Below, in pieces: positions 24,736 to 35,008 of a DNA stretch of 64,000 nucleotides. Below the pieces are notes generated by a model. The model was not told where the DNA came from. It was given only the letters and a program-made list of their open reading frames with translations, and did no database searches. The number at the start of each line of letters is the position of its first letter. Within the stretch, counting starts at the first letter, position 1. Where the stretch lies: assembly GCF_006345805.1 (NCBI RefSeq), contig NC_043019.1, positions 14,569,360-14,633,359 on the forward strand, written 5' to 3'. Position numbers and translations under genes: made by a program. The DNA comes from Octopus sinensis (Eukaryota).

Positions 24736-25992
24736 CTAGAAATGATAAAAAGAAATAAGTGAAAATATGACAACTTTGTAATAAAATACCAGAAACAAAT
24801 AGAAAAAAAGTCTTCTACTGCATTTTTAGTTTTTCAGTTTTTACTAGCTTATAGGTACAGGCATGGCTGTATGGCTAAGGAGTTTGCCTCTCAACCACAA
24901 AGTTTCAGGTTCAGTCCCACTGCATGGCACCTAGGGCAAGGCTCTTCAACTACAGCTTACTTGTCTTCTATTCTATTAATACTATGCATGAGTTGGGTGT
25001 GTGTGCATGTTTATGTCTCCTTATCTTGACAGTGTATGATTATTGTAAATGAATATCCTTCTTCGTTTCCAGTGTTGTGTGAAAATCTGTCTGACCATGG
25101 GAAGATGCTGAGCTGGCAGAACTGTTAGCATGCCAGACAAAATGCTTAGCGGTATTTTGTCCGTCTTTACACTCTGAGCTCAAATTCTGCCAACGTTCAC
25201 TTTAACCATAATCCTTTCCGAGTCAATAAAATAAGTACCAGTCATGTACTGAGGTTGATGCATCCAAGTTCCCCCTCCCCTCAGAAAGGCCTGCCATCTC
25301 ACCATAATTTAAAGCCAATATGTCTGAATATGGAGAAATACTAAACTGAAACAGATAAGGGTTGGTGACAGGATGGGCACCCAGTCGTAGAAAATCTGCC
25401 ATGGTAAATTTGCTCACCCCATGCAAACATGGAAAAATGATTGTTAAAATTAGACTACCGTCAGACATTCTGCTGCTTATAAGAATACTTACGACCCATT
25501 AATGCCAGCATTTTAATTCAAATCGTTCTTGTATGCTAGCTAATGCCCTACTTTGGTTAATCATAATTTGGTCTTACCTTAGTAATAGACAATGTATTAG
25601 ACCATATCCAGACATTCTACTACCTAGATCAAATGTATTTGGATAATTCCCTACATTGTTAACCATAATTTGTTTTCACCCTAGTGATAGATAATCAACA
25701 AGACCCTAGTCAAACATTTTGACATATGTGAAAATACATATATGCTGTAGGGAATACGACCATACGTATGGAGCTGGTGACAAATGTTCTCCTTTAAAAT
25801 GCAGCACGGTCGCCCCTAACAAAATATGAAAGCCAAATACAGAGCCAAAGGAATAATTGAAGGACGACAACCGTTCTACTGTTTGAGAGAGAAGAAGACT
25901 TTATTTACAATGTGTACAAAGAGAGTGTGTGTGTGAGTGCTAGCAAGGTGTAGTGTCTGAGTGCATGCGCATAGTATTTGTGTGTGTGTTCG

Positions 25993-26480
25993 TATCATCA
26001 TCATCATCATCATCATCGTTTAACATCCGCTTTCCATGCTAGCATGGGTTGGACGATTTTGACTGAGGGCTGGCGAACCAGATGGCTGCACCAGGCTCCA
26101 ATCTTGATCTGGCAGAGTTTCTACAGCTGGATGCCCTTCCTAATGCCAACCACTCCGAGAGTGTAGTGGGTGCTTTTTACATGCCACCGGCACGGTGGCC
26201 AGTCAGGCGGTACTGGCAACGACCTCACTCGAATCCGTTTACACATGCCACCAGCACAGGTGCCAGTGAAGTGACATTGGTAACGATCATGCACGAATGG
26301 CGCCCTTTTACGTGCCACTGGCACGGAAGCCAGTTGGCTGCTCTAGCAGCAATCACGCTTGGATGGTGCTCTTGGCACCCTACTAGCACGGGCACAAGTA
26401 CCAGTAAGGCAACACTGGTAACGATCACGCGCGAATGGTGCCCTTTTACATGCCACTGGCACGGAAGCTGGTTAGGTTTT
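25993..26480 (-). mobile_element. RTE LINE 3'-end fragment (duplicated at ~49880-50372)
   Basis: (CAT)n tail plus degenerate 62-bp units. Confidence 0.8.
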
Positions 26481-26659
26481 ACAAAAACTGTCATTCATAA
26501 GCATTGCATGAACTTTCTTTTTAAGTAGTACTTGATAAGTAGTACTTATCTGCACTTTCATACTGCTTTTCATCTCACTCTCTTTCTCTCTCTCCCCTCT
26601 CTCCTCACTCTCCTTCGCTGACTCCCTGTCTTTCTCTATCTCTCCATCTCCCTTTCTCT

Positions 26660-27455
26660 TTAGGTTTATACAGCAAAGACGTCGTGAAATTGGACAATCA
26701 AGGTACTGCAATTGTTTCTGCAAGCCTTGAAAATTTCTGATGGAAATCCCTCAAACAAGATGCTCAAATCACACAGACAAATTTGAAGACTACTTCGCAA
26801 AGATGGAACTTCTCACCATACTGGAGCAACACATCGACGTCTTCCTTTTGGGTGACTTCAGCTTCCCTAATGTGGGATGGCCAGAGGGCGTAATGCTCTT
26901 AGGAATGGAACACTGCTAACGAGCACAGGTGGGGTTTCTGCTCAACCTTACCAATGCTTCATTCATGGAGCAAATTATGCTCCAGCCAACCAATGCAAAT
27001 AATATATTGGATCTCTCATTCACAAACAATATGGACGTCATCCATAATGTGAAAGTGATAATGACACTAGACCTGTATCCCAACATAATAAAGCTGTCTA
27101 TGTATGCACCAAAAGTCCTTAAAGATATACAGCCTATACAAAGCACTGGAAATCTTTCCAGTGTGAACTTTCATAGAGCTAACTGGAAATCAATTGAGAA
27201 AGAGACCCTCAAACAGGATTGGTGTAAATGTCTCTCCACAATAGACATTGACATGAAACTCAAATATTTCAAGCCCATAATTCAAGCCTTATATGACAAA
27301 TCTATCCTAAATCATAGGCTGTATATCTATAAGGATTTTTGGTCCATACATAGAAAGCTCTTATTAAGTTGGGATCCAAGACTAGCGTCAAACCACAAGG
27401 CCAACATGCATAAAAACAAGAACCTTAGAGGGAGGAAAATTCTTATGAAATGATG
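26660..27455 (+). mobile_element. CR1/L2-like LINE ORF2 fragment, end of endonuclease and linker (duplicated at ~50555-51347)
   Basis: LLGDF...GW and MEQIMLQPT..NNILDLSFTNN APE motifs, followed by NFHRANWKSI. Confidence 0.7.
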
Positions 27456-27459
27456 GAGA

Positions 27460-28140
27460 TAGATTGAAAACCGACTGAAATATATTAAATTTCAATGAAT
27501 ACTTTACTTTAAGACGTTGCCATAAATTTAGAAAGATATTCAAATATTTCCATTATAAATTAGAATATTTTTTTAATTCTTATATAATACGGTTAATTCT
27601 TATAAAAGGGTTTTTAATATAATGAGTAAACAGATGATTAATTATCACAAAGTAAAGTATATAAGCTTCTAATAAGTATAATATAGAAATCTTATCTGTA
27701 ATTTTTATTCTTTAGTTATCCAGTGATATCATCAATAAATGTATGTAAAAATACTAATTTTTTAGGTTATTTTTCTGTGTAGATTTCAGATTCTCATAAT
27801 GTAGAATTAGTAAGGTGGTTTGTATCTCTTATTTGGATTTCATCATCAATGTGAAGTCTCAAATAATTGAATGACTTTTCTTAAATAAGTTTATTTGTTA
27901 TTTTCATTCTTAATGTTATTCTTCTTTTGATTTTATTTTCGTTCAAATTAAAATTTCTATTTCTACAAAACAAATTAGTTATTCAGTGACATCACTAATG
28001 GTTGAATGAATGAATGTCTTAAGTTGAATTTGATTTTGTCATTTCTTTTTGTTAGTGTGTATTAATTGCTAAAAAATTTTCAGATGTTCAGCTGGAATTT
28101 CACCAATTTGGATTACCTTGATAATATTGTATCAACATGT
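27460..28140 (-). mobile_element. Possible highly decayed Penelope-like RT remnant
   Basis: Broken-frame resemblance to the FYxLPKIHK, SLYTNI, LLxxxLxxNYF and ANLFM motifs; weak. Confidence 0.3.
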
Positions 28141-28176
28141 ATTTTTGAGGATATTATTATTCCTTTTAATAATATT

Positions 28177-28208
<32 letters not shown>

Positions 28209-28559
28209 GTAAATATATATATATACACATATAAATCGATATATATACATATATATACACATATAAATCGATATATATACATATATATATATATCTATAT
28301 ATTTACACATATACACACATATTCATGCATGCACACAAATACACACACAAGCATATATATGCATACATACACATATATATATATATATATATGCACACAC
28401 GTGCATGCCCATAAATACATGCTTATATGCACACAAACACGCATGTGCACACACACACATATATATACATACGCACGTACGTCTGCATACGTACGTGTAC
28501 GCATGCCCATGTGTGTAATATATATATATTTTTTTATTTTATCTAGTTTCAGCTCATGA

Positions 28560-29400
28560 GCTGTGGCCATGCTGGGGCACGGCCATTTGGTGTTGCTACA
28601 TAATTTTACTTCCTTCGTGAATGCTTTTTAGGAATTGACATTTGGTGCATGAGAGAGTTTGATGCAGCTGCCCTCATCTGCACCTCTTGCTGCAAAGTTG
28701 GTTCATCTGGGACACTTGACAGGAAGAGGTCCAGCTTTATTTTGAAGACACCTACATCCACCCCATGCAGGTCTCTCAGGTCCTTCAGGAGGATATTGAA
28801 GAGCTGTGGACCTCTGAAGCCCAGGCTATTGCAGTATCTTGTCCAACATCTTGGTGGCAAATTTGGGGTCGTTGGCACTATGCAGTGATGCCAAAGTTTG
28901 AGACAAGTCCTTCCAGATGTATATTATGGCATATCTTTCTTGCCTATGCTCTAAGGAATAGAGTCTTAATCTCTTGAGTCTTGGCAAACTTGTAGAAAGC
29001 TCTGGGGTAATATTTTATATTGTCTAAAGCCCAGGCTTCTTTGTCTGCTCTTTCTTTTGCATGGGAGAGCTGCAGATTTTTTTCAATCTCCAGCAGTTGT
29101 ATTTTCAGGTGGGACTTTTCACTGCTTTCAATTTGTTTGTTTAGGCGATTTGAGACTTTTGTATGCCGTCTTATAAGAATTTTCCTCTCCCTGGGGATTT
29201 TGTTCTGGTGTACAGTGGCCTTTCTCTCTGGGACACATTTGTAACATATGGCTTGCATTACAAACATGAATTGTTGAAGTTTCATGTCGATGTCTGCTGG
29301 GGAGAAACATTTACACCTGTTTTGTTTGAGGATCTCTTTCTCAATTTGTTTCCAGTTTGCCTTATGGAAGTTCAAGCAGGGAAGATTTTCAGAGTTTCTT
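28560..29400 (-). mobile_element. CR1/L2-like LINE, internally deleted, same family as 26660-27455 and inverted relative to it
   Basis: NFHKANWKQIEKEIL linker, PRAFYKFAK, and the C-terminal RGPQLFNILLKDLR..VFKIKLDLFLSSVPDEP. Confidence 0.75.
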
Positions 29401-29502
29401 GTAGGCTGCATGTATGTATGTATGTATGTACTTTATTATTAAAGCTGCAAATACATAAAAATTTTCGCAAAAATCTATTCATTGGACGGTTTCAATTGAG
29501 AA

Positions 29503-29548
<46 letters not shown>

Positions 29549-29660
29549 AAAGAAAATTTGAAAATGCAATTTTAAAAGGTTCGACTTTTTTAGAAAAAGT
29601 TTGTCAAAAGTAAAATGTAAAAGCTTACGTTATTCTGTTTTATATAATTCACATTTTTTA

Positions 29661-29978
29661 TATATTATTAACATAGTTTTTGTAAATTTAATTTTATTTG
29701 GAACACTATATATTATTAACATAGTATTTGTAAATTTAATTTTATTTGGACCACTATATATTATTAACATAGTGTTTCTAAATTTAATTTTATTTGGAAC
29801 ACTATATATTATTAACATAGTATTTGTAAACTTAATTTTATTTGGAACACTATATATTATTAACATAGTGTTTCTAAATTTAATTTTATTTGGAACACTA
29901 TATATTATTAACATAGTGTTTCTAAATTTAATTTTATTTGGAACACTATATATTATTAACATAGTTTTTGTAAATTTT
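29661..29978. repeat. 48-bp AT-rich minisatellite (~6.5 units)
   Basis: Unit TATATTATTAACATAGT(A/G/T)TTT(G/C)TAAATTTAATTTTATTTGGAACACTA; accounts for the repetitive ORFs on both strands. Confidence 0.92.
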
Positions 29979-30105
29979 CCTATATTTTTTTTTTTTATTC
30001 CTTACTTTATTCATGTAACTTTTATTTCTGTAACTTTTTATCTTTCTTTGAATTTTTATCTGAATTATTGCTTGTACTGTAGAGTCCAGCGAAACTAATT
30101 TAAAC

Positions 30106-30492
30106 ATACCTAATTTAAACATACCTATTTTACACATACTTAAGGGTTTAAAAAATTAAATATAGTTTATTGTATTGAATGTTGATAAAACTATATAAGG
30201 GCCTGATGATTGGGGTGGCATCTTGAGAGGGGTTCCAGGGAAACACGGAGCGGTTTAGGAACCCGAGGATGTACCTCATGAAACACGTGTTGCCAAGTAA
30301 TAAAACAGTAGGTATTTAAAATAAAAATTAAAATTCTTTTTATTTGGCGAGATAAACCTGGAACCCCTCTCAAGATGCCACCCCAATCATCAGGCCCTTA
30401 TATGATTTTATCAACATTCAATACAATAAACTATATTTTAATTTTTTTAAACCCTTAAGTATGTGTAAAATAGGTATGTTTAAATTAGGTAT
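30106..30492. repeat. Long inverted repeat (arms ~30106-30239 and ~30357-30492, ~117-bp spacer)
   Basis: The arms are reverse complements with few mismatches; a third, direct copy lies at ~31088-31320. Confidence 0.9.
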
Positions 30493-30758
30493 TTATATCT
30501 ATATACAACTGTTTATATATTTGTATGTCCTTGTGTGTTGGATATATAATGTAACAAAGCAGGGTGGGAGAAAGTATATACACAAAACATTAATATTTTC
30601 AGGTGGGACATTTCACTGCTTTCAAAAACCTGAAATGCTCTTAATCATGGCAACAAGTATTTCCCAACTTGATATGCTAACGACCTGAAAATTGTCAACT
30701 TAATAGTTGTGTCACAGTACACTAAGAGTGATATGAGGTAGGTCAGAAACTTTCCACA

Positions 30759-30802
<44 letters not shown>

Positions 30803-31110
30803 ACACACACTATATATATATATATCTGTAAATGGATGTATGAATTATCCTTTGTTTACCGATAAAATGTAAAACTCAATAAACAGTTACCAGGGTAGCA
30901 AAATTCACGCAAGTAACAAGGATGTAGTGACCTATTCAAAGGTAGAAACTCCGGGTTAATGTGCAGTAATTTGTGTAGTATTAGTAAATAAATGGAGTTG
31001 AATGCAAATGCTATTCAAATTCTTTTACTTTCGACATGTGTTTCGAAGACAACATTGGTTTTATTCCAAAGGAATAAACGGTGTAAATGTAGAGTCCAGT
31101 GAAACTAATT

Positions 31111-31240
31111 TACACATACCTATTTTACACATACCTATTTTACACATACCTATTTTACACATACCTATTTTACACATACTTATTTTACACATACTTATTT
31201 TACACATACTTATTTTACACATACTTATTTTACACATACT
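31111..31240. repeat. 15-bp tandem expansion (TTTTACACATAC(C/T)TA) within the third copy of the 30.1-kb element
   Basis: About 9 units here versus 2-3 related units in the other copies. Confidence 0.9.
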
Positions 31241-31687
31241 TAAGGGTTTTAAAAAATTAAATATAGTTTATTGTATTGAATGTTAATAAAATTATATAAG
31301 GGCCTGATGATTGGGGTAGCTGTCTGTATCTATATATAAATATGTATACATAATGTATATATACAAAGTGTATATATCTGTACTTATATATATATATTTA
31401 TATCTAATTTGTATTCATTTGTGTATATAATGCGTATACACACACACACACACACACACTTACACACACACACACATATATGTATAATGCATATATATGT
31501 ACATATATATATTTAATGCATATATATAATTGAGTTTGCTCAATTGAAAGGTGTGGCCTCTATGGCAAAATTCCTCATCTTTAAAGTGTGGCCCATGTAG
31601 ATCCGAATGAAATCAAGTTATAATACCGAAACAAATACAACGTTGATAAACTATTTTAATCCCGAGCAAGACCGGGTTTCTCTGCTA

Positions 31688-32076
31688 TCTATATATATAA
31701 AAGAGGCTTTGGGTCAAAATTGCATGCATGTTTTGCTACGTCAGAGGTTGGCGGCCACAGCAGTGGTCAGATCGAGCTGAAAATTGACACAGGCATAGAA
31801 GGCGTGATGAGGCAAAGAGTTGAGTAGGTTAAAACTCCACATCTGGAAAGATGCGGTTGCTATGGTGAGAAGATTTAAGGGGGCGCTAAGCCCCTCCAGA
31901 TTGGCGCAATTGGCATCTAATCTTATCTATAAAATGAAGAAGGCGAACGTATACACAAATTGGATTTTTATGTAAAAACGAGTCTAAATGGAGCTGGAAG
32001 GGGATTCAAATTTAGAAAAGAAAGCAACAGAAAGTAACAACCACACCCGCGCGTAGAGCGGGTCACCTTAAGCTAT
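31688..32076 (+). mobile_element. Non-autonomous Helitron-like element
   Basis: 5' TCTATATATATAAAAG start; subterminal hairpin CCCGCGCGTAGAGCGGG followed by CTA(T). Confidence 0.45.
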
Positions 32077-32370
32077 TTATTTATATGGAGAGATAATGTA
32101 TATATATGTTTGTGTGTGTTTGTACCCCCGCCATTGCTTGACAACTGATGTGGGTTTGTTTACATCCCCATAACGTAGCAGTTCAGCAAACAGAAACTGA
32201 TAAATAAGTACTAAGTTTAAAAAAAAGTATATCTTGGGGTCGATTCGTTTGACTAAAGGCAGTGCTCCAGCATGGCCGCAGTCAAATGACTGAAACAAAT
32301 AAGAGAATGTGTGTGTGTGTGTGTGTGTGTGTGTCTTGCATGTGGAAAAATCAACAATATATTTACTTAC

Positions 32371-32403
32371 TGGGTGAAATATAGTTCTTGGGCAATTCTT
32401 CAT
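32371..32403 (-). CDS. Putative first coding exon of the fucosyltransferase-like gene (MKNCPRTIFHP)
   Basis: ATG at 32403, 11 codons, phase-0 GTAAGT donor at 32370, and an upstream tgtttcAG acceptor (exon start 32527). A phase-0 join to the 24735 acceptor gives MKNCPRTIFHP-IRVLGFIAVVSIFFLLF, a typical type II signal anchor. Confidence 0.62.
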
Positions 32404-32644
32404 TATGAAAGTTTCTTACTTAATAATTCGCTGTATTGCGTCTCTTTCCTTCCAAACTACAGTGAAATGGGTTAACAGACAGCTTCTTTTGTTATCTTAA
32501 ATGTATAGTTGACTGGTCACTTTTAATCTGAAACACTTGGGCGGATTTGCTTTTATCTGTTTGCTTTCTTTTGCTTTAGTATCTATGGGCTTTGTGTGTG
32601 TTTGTGTGTTGCCACTGTTTAATAGAAAAGGCAGTACGGCCACA

Positions 32645-34280
32645 CCCAGTGACTGGTGTAACGTCATCATAGTCCACTACTACAAAAGAACAGGCGACGC
32701 CTTAAATAGAAATAATTACGGAAGTATCAAATTGTTGGATCAGGTGATGAAAGTCACAGAGAGGGTCAAAGCCGATACCTTATCTGGTGGCCAATGTGGA
32801 AACTAGGAATAGATGAGTGGTTGGTGAGAGCTGTATGATCCATGTACAGGGATAATGTTGTAGCAATATTGCTATCTTCACTGTTTGAGAAAAACATTAG
32901 GAATGATCTCGTTTGAGATTACAAACATCTTTGACTAGTTTAACCTTGTTGTGTCCACTGATCTGATTGGTTAGCATCTAAGCGCGGTCTGTCTCTCTAC
33001 TTATTTCGCGCCAGTGTGTAAACTGACCAATCACGGCTATCGGATAGGACCTTTCATTTCAGCCACCATAATTCCATAAATAGGCTGATTATTTAATGAT
33101 TCAACGTCTTTCGGCTTAAGACCTTTTAAGGTCTTGGTCGGAGAACACACAGAGCTTACTCAACCATGTTCCAGTTCGAAAGGCAAGCCAACCATACTAT
33201 GGAGACACTATTGTAAACCAGCGACAGACAGAACGTCATCACCAACATCATCTCCATCTACGAAGACTTCAACTTGTACACAACAAGATAAATACAGATT
33301 CAACTCATGCTGTTAGTGTGAAAATCTCACCACGGAAAAACAGTTGCAGTATATATATCTGAAAGAATATCTATATCAAGAGAAAAATATGCACAACAAG
33401 TGATTCAACTAATCTCCGCTCCGAGACTCAAATCTTGTTATAGAACTCATTATTGTGTACTACATGAACTGGTAAAATAACTCTAAAATAACTCCATTTT
33501 AACACAAATTGTTGAGACTTCTCTTATGCTTTGTTGTATTCGCATGCACCCTATTCTGTACTTCTGTCGCACACAAAACACACAGACACAAATATTATAA
33601 GCATGCATTCATGACACAACACTACACTAAAAATCACAAATCACTTTGTACACTGTGAATAAAATCTATCTTCTCTTTATAAAAGTAGAACAGTTTTTGG
33701 CGTCCTTTATTCATTTACTTTGGCACTATATATAAACATGACATATGGCTTATAAAATATATTATGTTGGGATGCGGCCATGCGCTGTACAAGAGGAGAA
33801 ATATGTCACCAAATTCCTCACGTACGGTCGTATTCTAACACTGTCAATAAGGTGAGGGTTGGCAATGAGTACTGTGAAGAATTCAGGGTACAAGTAGGGG
33901 TTCACCAAGGATCAGTCCTCAAATCTCTCTTGTTCATCATAGTCCTCCAGACAATAACAGAGGAATTCAAGACAGCCTACCTCTGGTAGCTCCTCTATGT
34001 TGATTACTTTGTTCTTATAGTTGAATCACTACCAGAACTAGAGAAGTTTCAGGTGTGGAAGTAAAGTTTAGAATGAAGGGCTTTAGAGTTAACCTAGCAA
34101 AAACCAAAGTTTTACTATGTAGGAAGGCAGATAAATTACAAATCCCTTCAGGTAGAAGGCCAACTCGGATTTTAGATAAAGCATAGACAGAAATTCTGTA
34201 AGATATACCAAGTATAAGCTTTGGACGCATAAGAGGTGCAGCAGCAATATCAGAGGAAGGTTAACAGGGAAAATAGCTTT
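32645..34280 (+). mobile_element. RTE RT fragment split by a ~1-kb insertion (32856-33840)
   Basis: RT peptides IKLLDQVMKVTER (left) and KVRVGNEY..EFRVQVGVHQGS (right) are contiguous in intact RTE copies. Confidence 0.75.
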
Positions 34281-34289
34281 CATGGCAGC

Positions 34290-34980
34290 TATTTTCAGCT
34301 TTGTCCGCCCATGCTCTTTCCAAAACTTGCACCATAACACCTTCAAGAGTTTCAGACCCCACTTCTCTGATTTCTCTATTGATGTTCTCCTTCAGTTGCA
34401 CCAGAGTCTCTAGTTTGTTGACATAAACCCTCTCTTTCAGATATCCCCACAAGAAAAAATCCAGGCTAGTCAATTCTGGAGCATGTGAATGCCAATTGTT
34501 ATTGCTGTTGTGTAAAAATATTCTCTCTCCAATCACTGCCATAGCAACAGCATTGTTTCTCTTGTGGCATGAGCAGTTGCCGCATCTTGCTGGAACCATA
34601 TGTGAGGTCTACTTTGAATAGTCAGGTGCAAAAGGTCTCAACCATAGATACCTGAAAGAGAGGGTTTATGTCAACAAACAGGAGACCCTGGTGCAACTGA
34701 AGAAGAACATCAATAGAGAAATCAGAAAAGTGGTGTCTGAAACTCTTGAGGGTGTTACGGTGCAAGTTTTGGAAAGTGCATGGGCATGTGAAGCTGAAAG
34801 TGGTTGACATTTAAACAATGTCATGTTTCATATGCGATGTAGTGGTGTTGCAAAATTTGACTTGTGCAGATTAATTTCCCTTATGTCCTTTATATTGTAT
34901 CAAAATTTCATGCATTTGTTTATAAAGTTAAGGAAGTTATTAAAAATTAAAACCCATCAGTGACTTTTAGGACACCCTGT
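34290..34980. mobile_element. Tc1/mariner-superfamily transposase 3' fragments in inverted orientation, with one TIR end
   Basis: PELTSLDFFLWGYLKERVY motif on the minus strand, an inverted copy at ~34648-34810, and the terminus GGACACCCTGTA at ~34980. Confidence 0.75.
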
Positions 34981-35008
34981 ATGTGTGTGGATATATATAT
35001 ATATATAT

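Larger units (their letters stand above)
22540..27585 (+). repeat. ~5.05-kb segmental duplication, copy 1
   Basis: Colinear and near-identical with 46438-51478 (offset 23,898 at the left end, 23,893 at the right end). Confidence 0.95.

Noticed and set aside
24736-24773. Track N-terminus MSYFHLFLFIISR of the 399-aa ORF
   Set aside because: It starts at a TTG inside the polypyrimidine tract upstream of a canonical acceptor. The real N-terminus is better explained by the spliced exon at 32371-32403.
29601-30098. 165-aa hydrophobic repeat ORF (LYIINIVFVNLILFGT)n and its antisense counterpart
   Set aside because: A by-product of a 48-bp AT-rich tandem repeat.
31025-31055. Minus-strand GAAACACATGTC hammerhead half (similar at ~56810)
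   Set aside because: No CUGANGA core at the required position; a relic at best.
31002-31286. (LHIPI/LHILI)n ORF
   Set aside because: Translation of a 15-bp tandem expansion.
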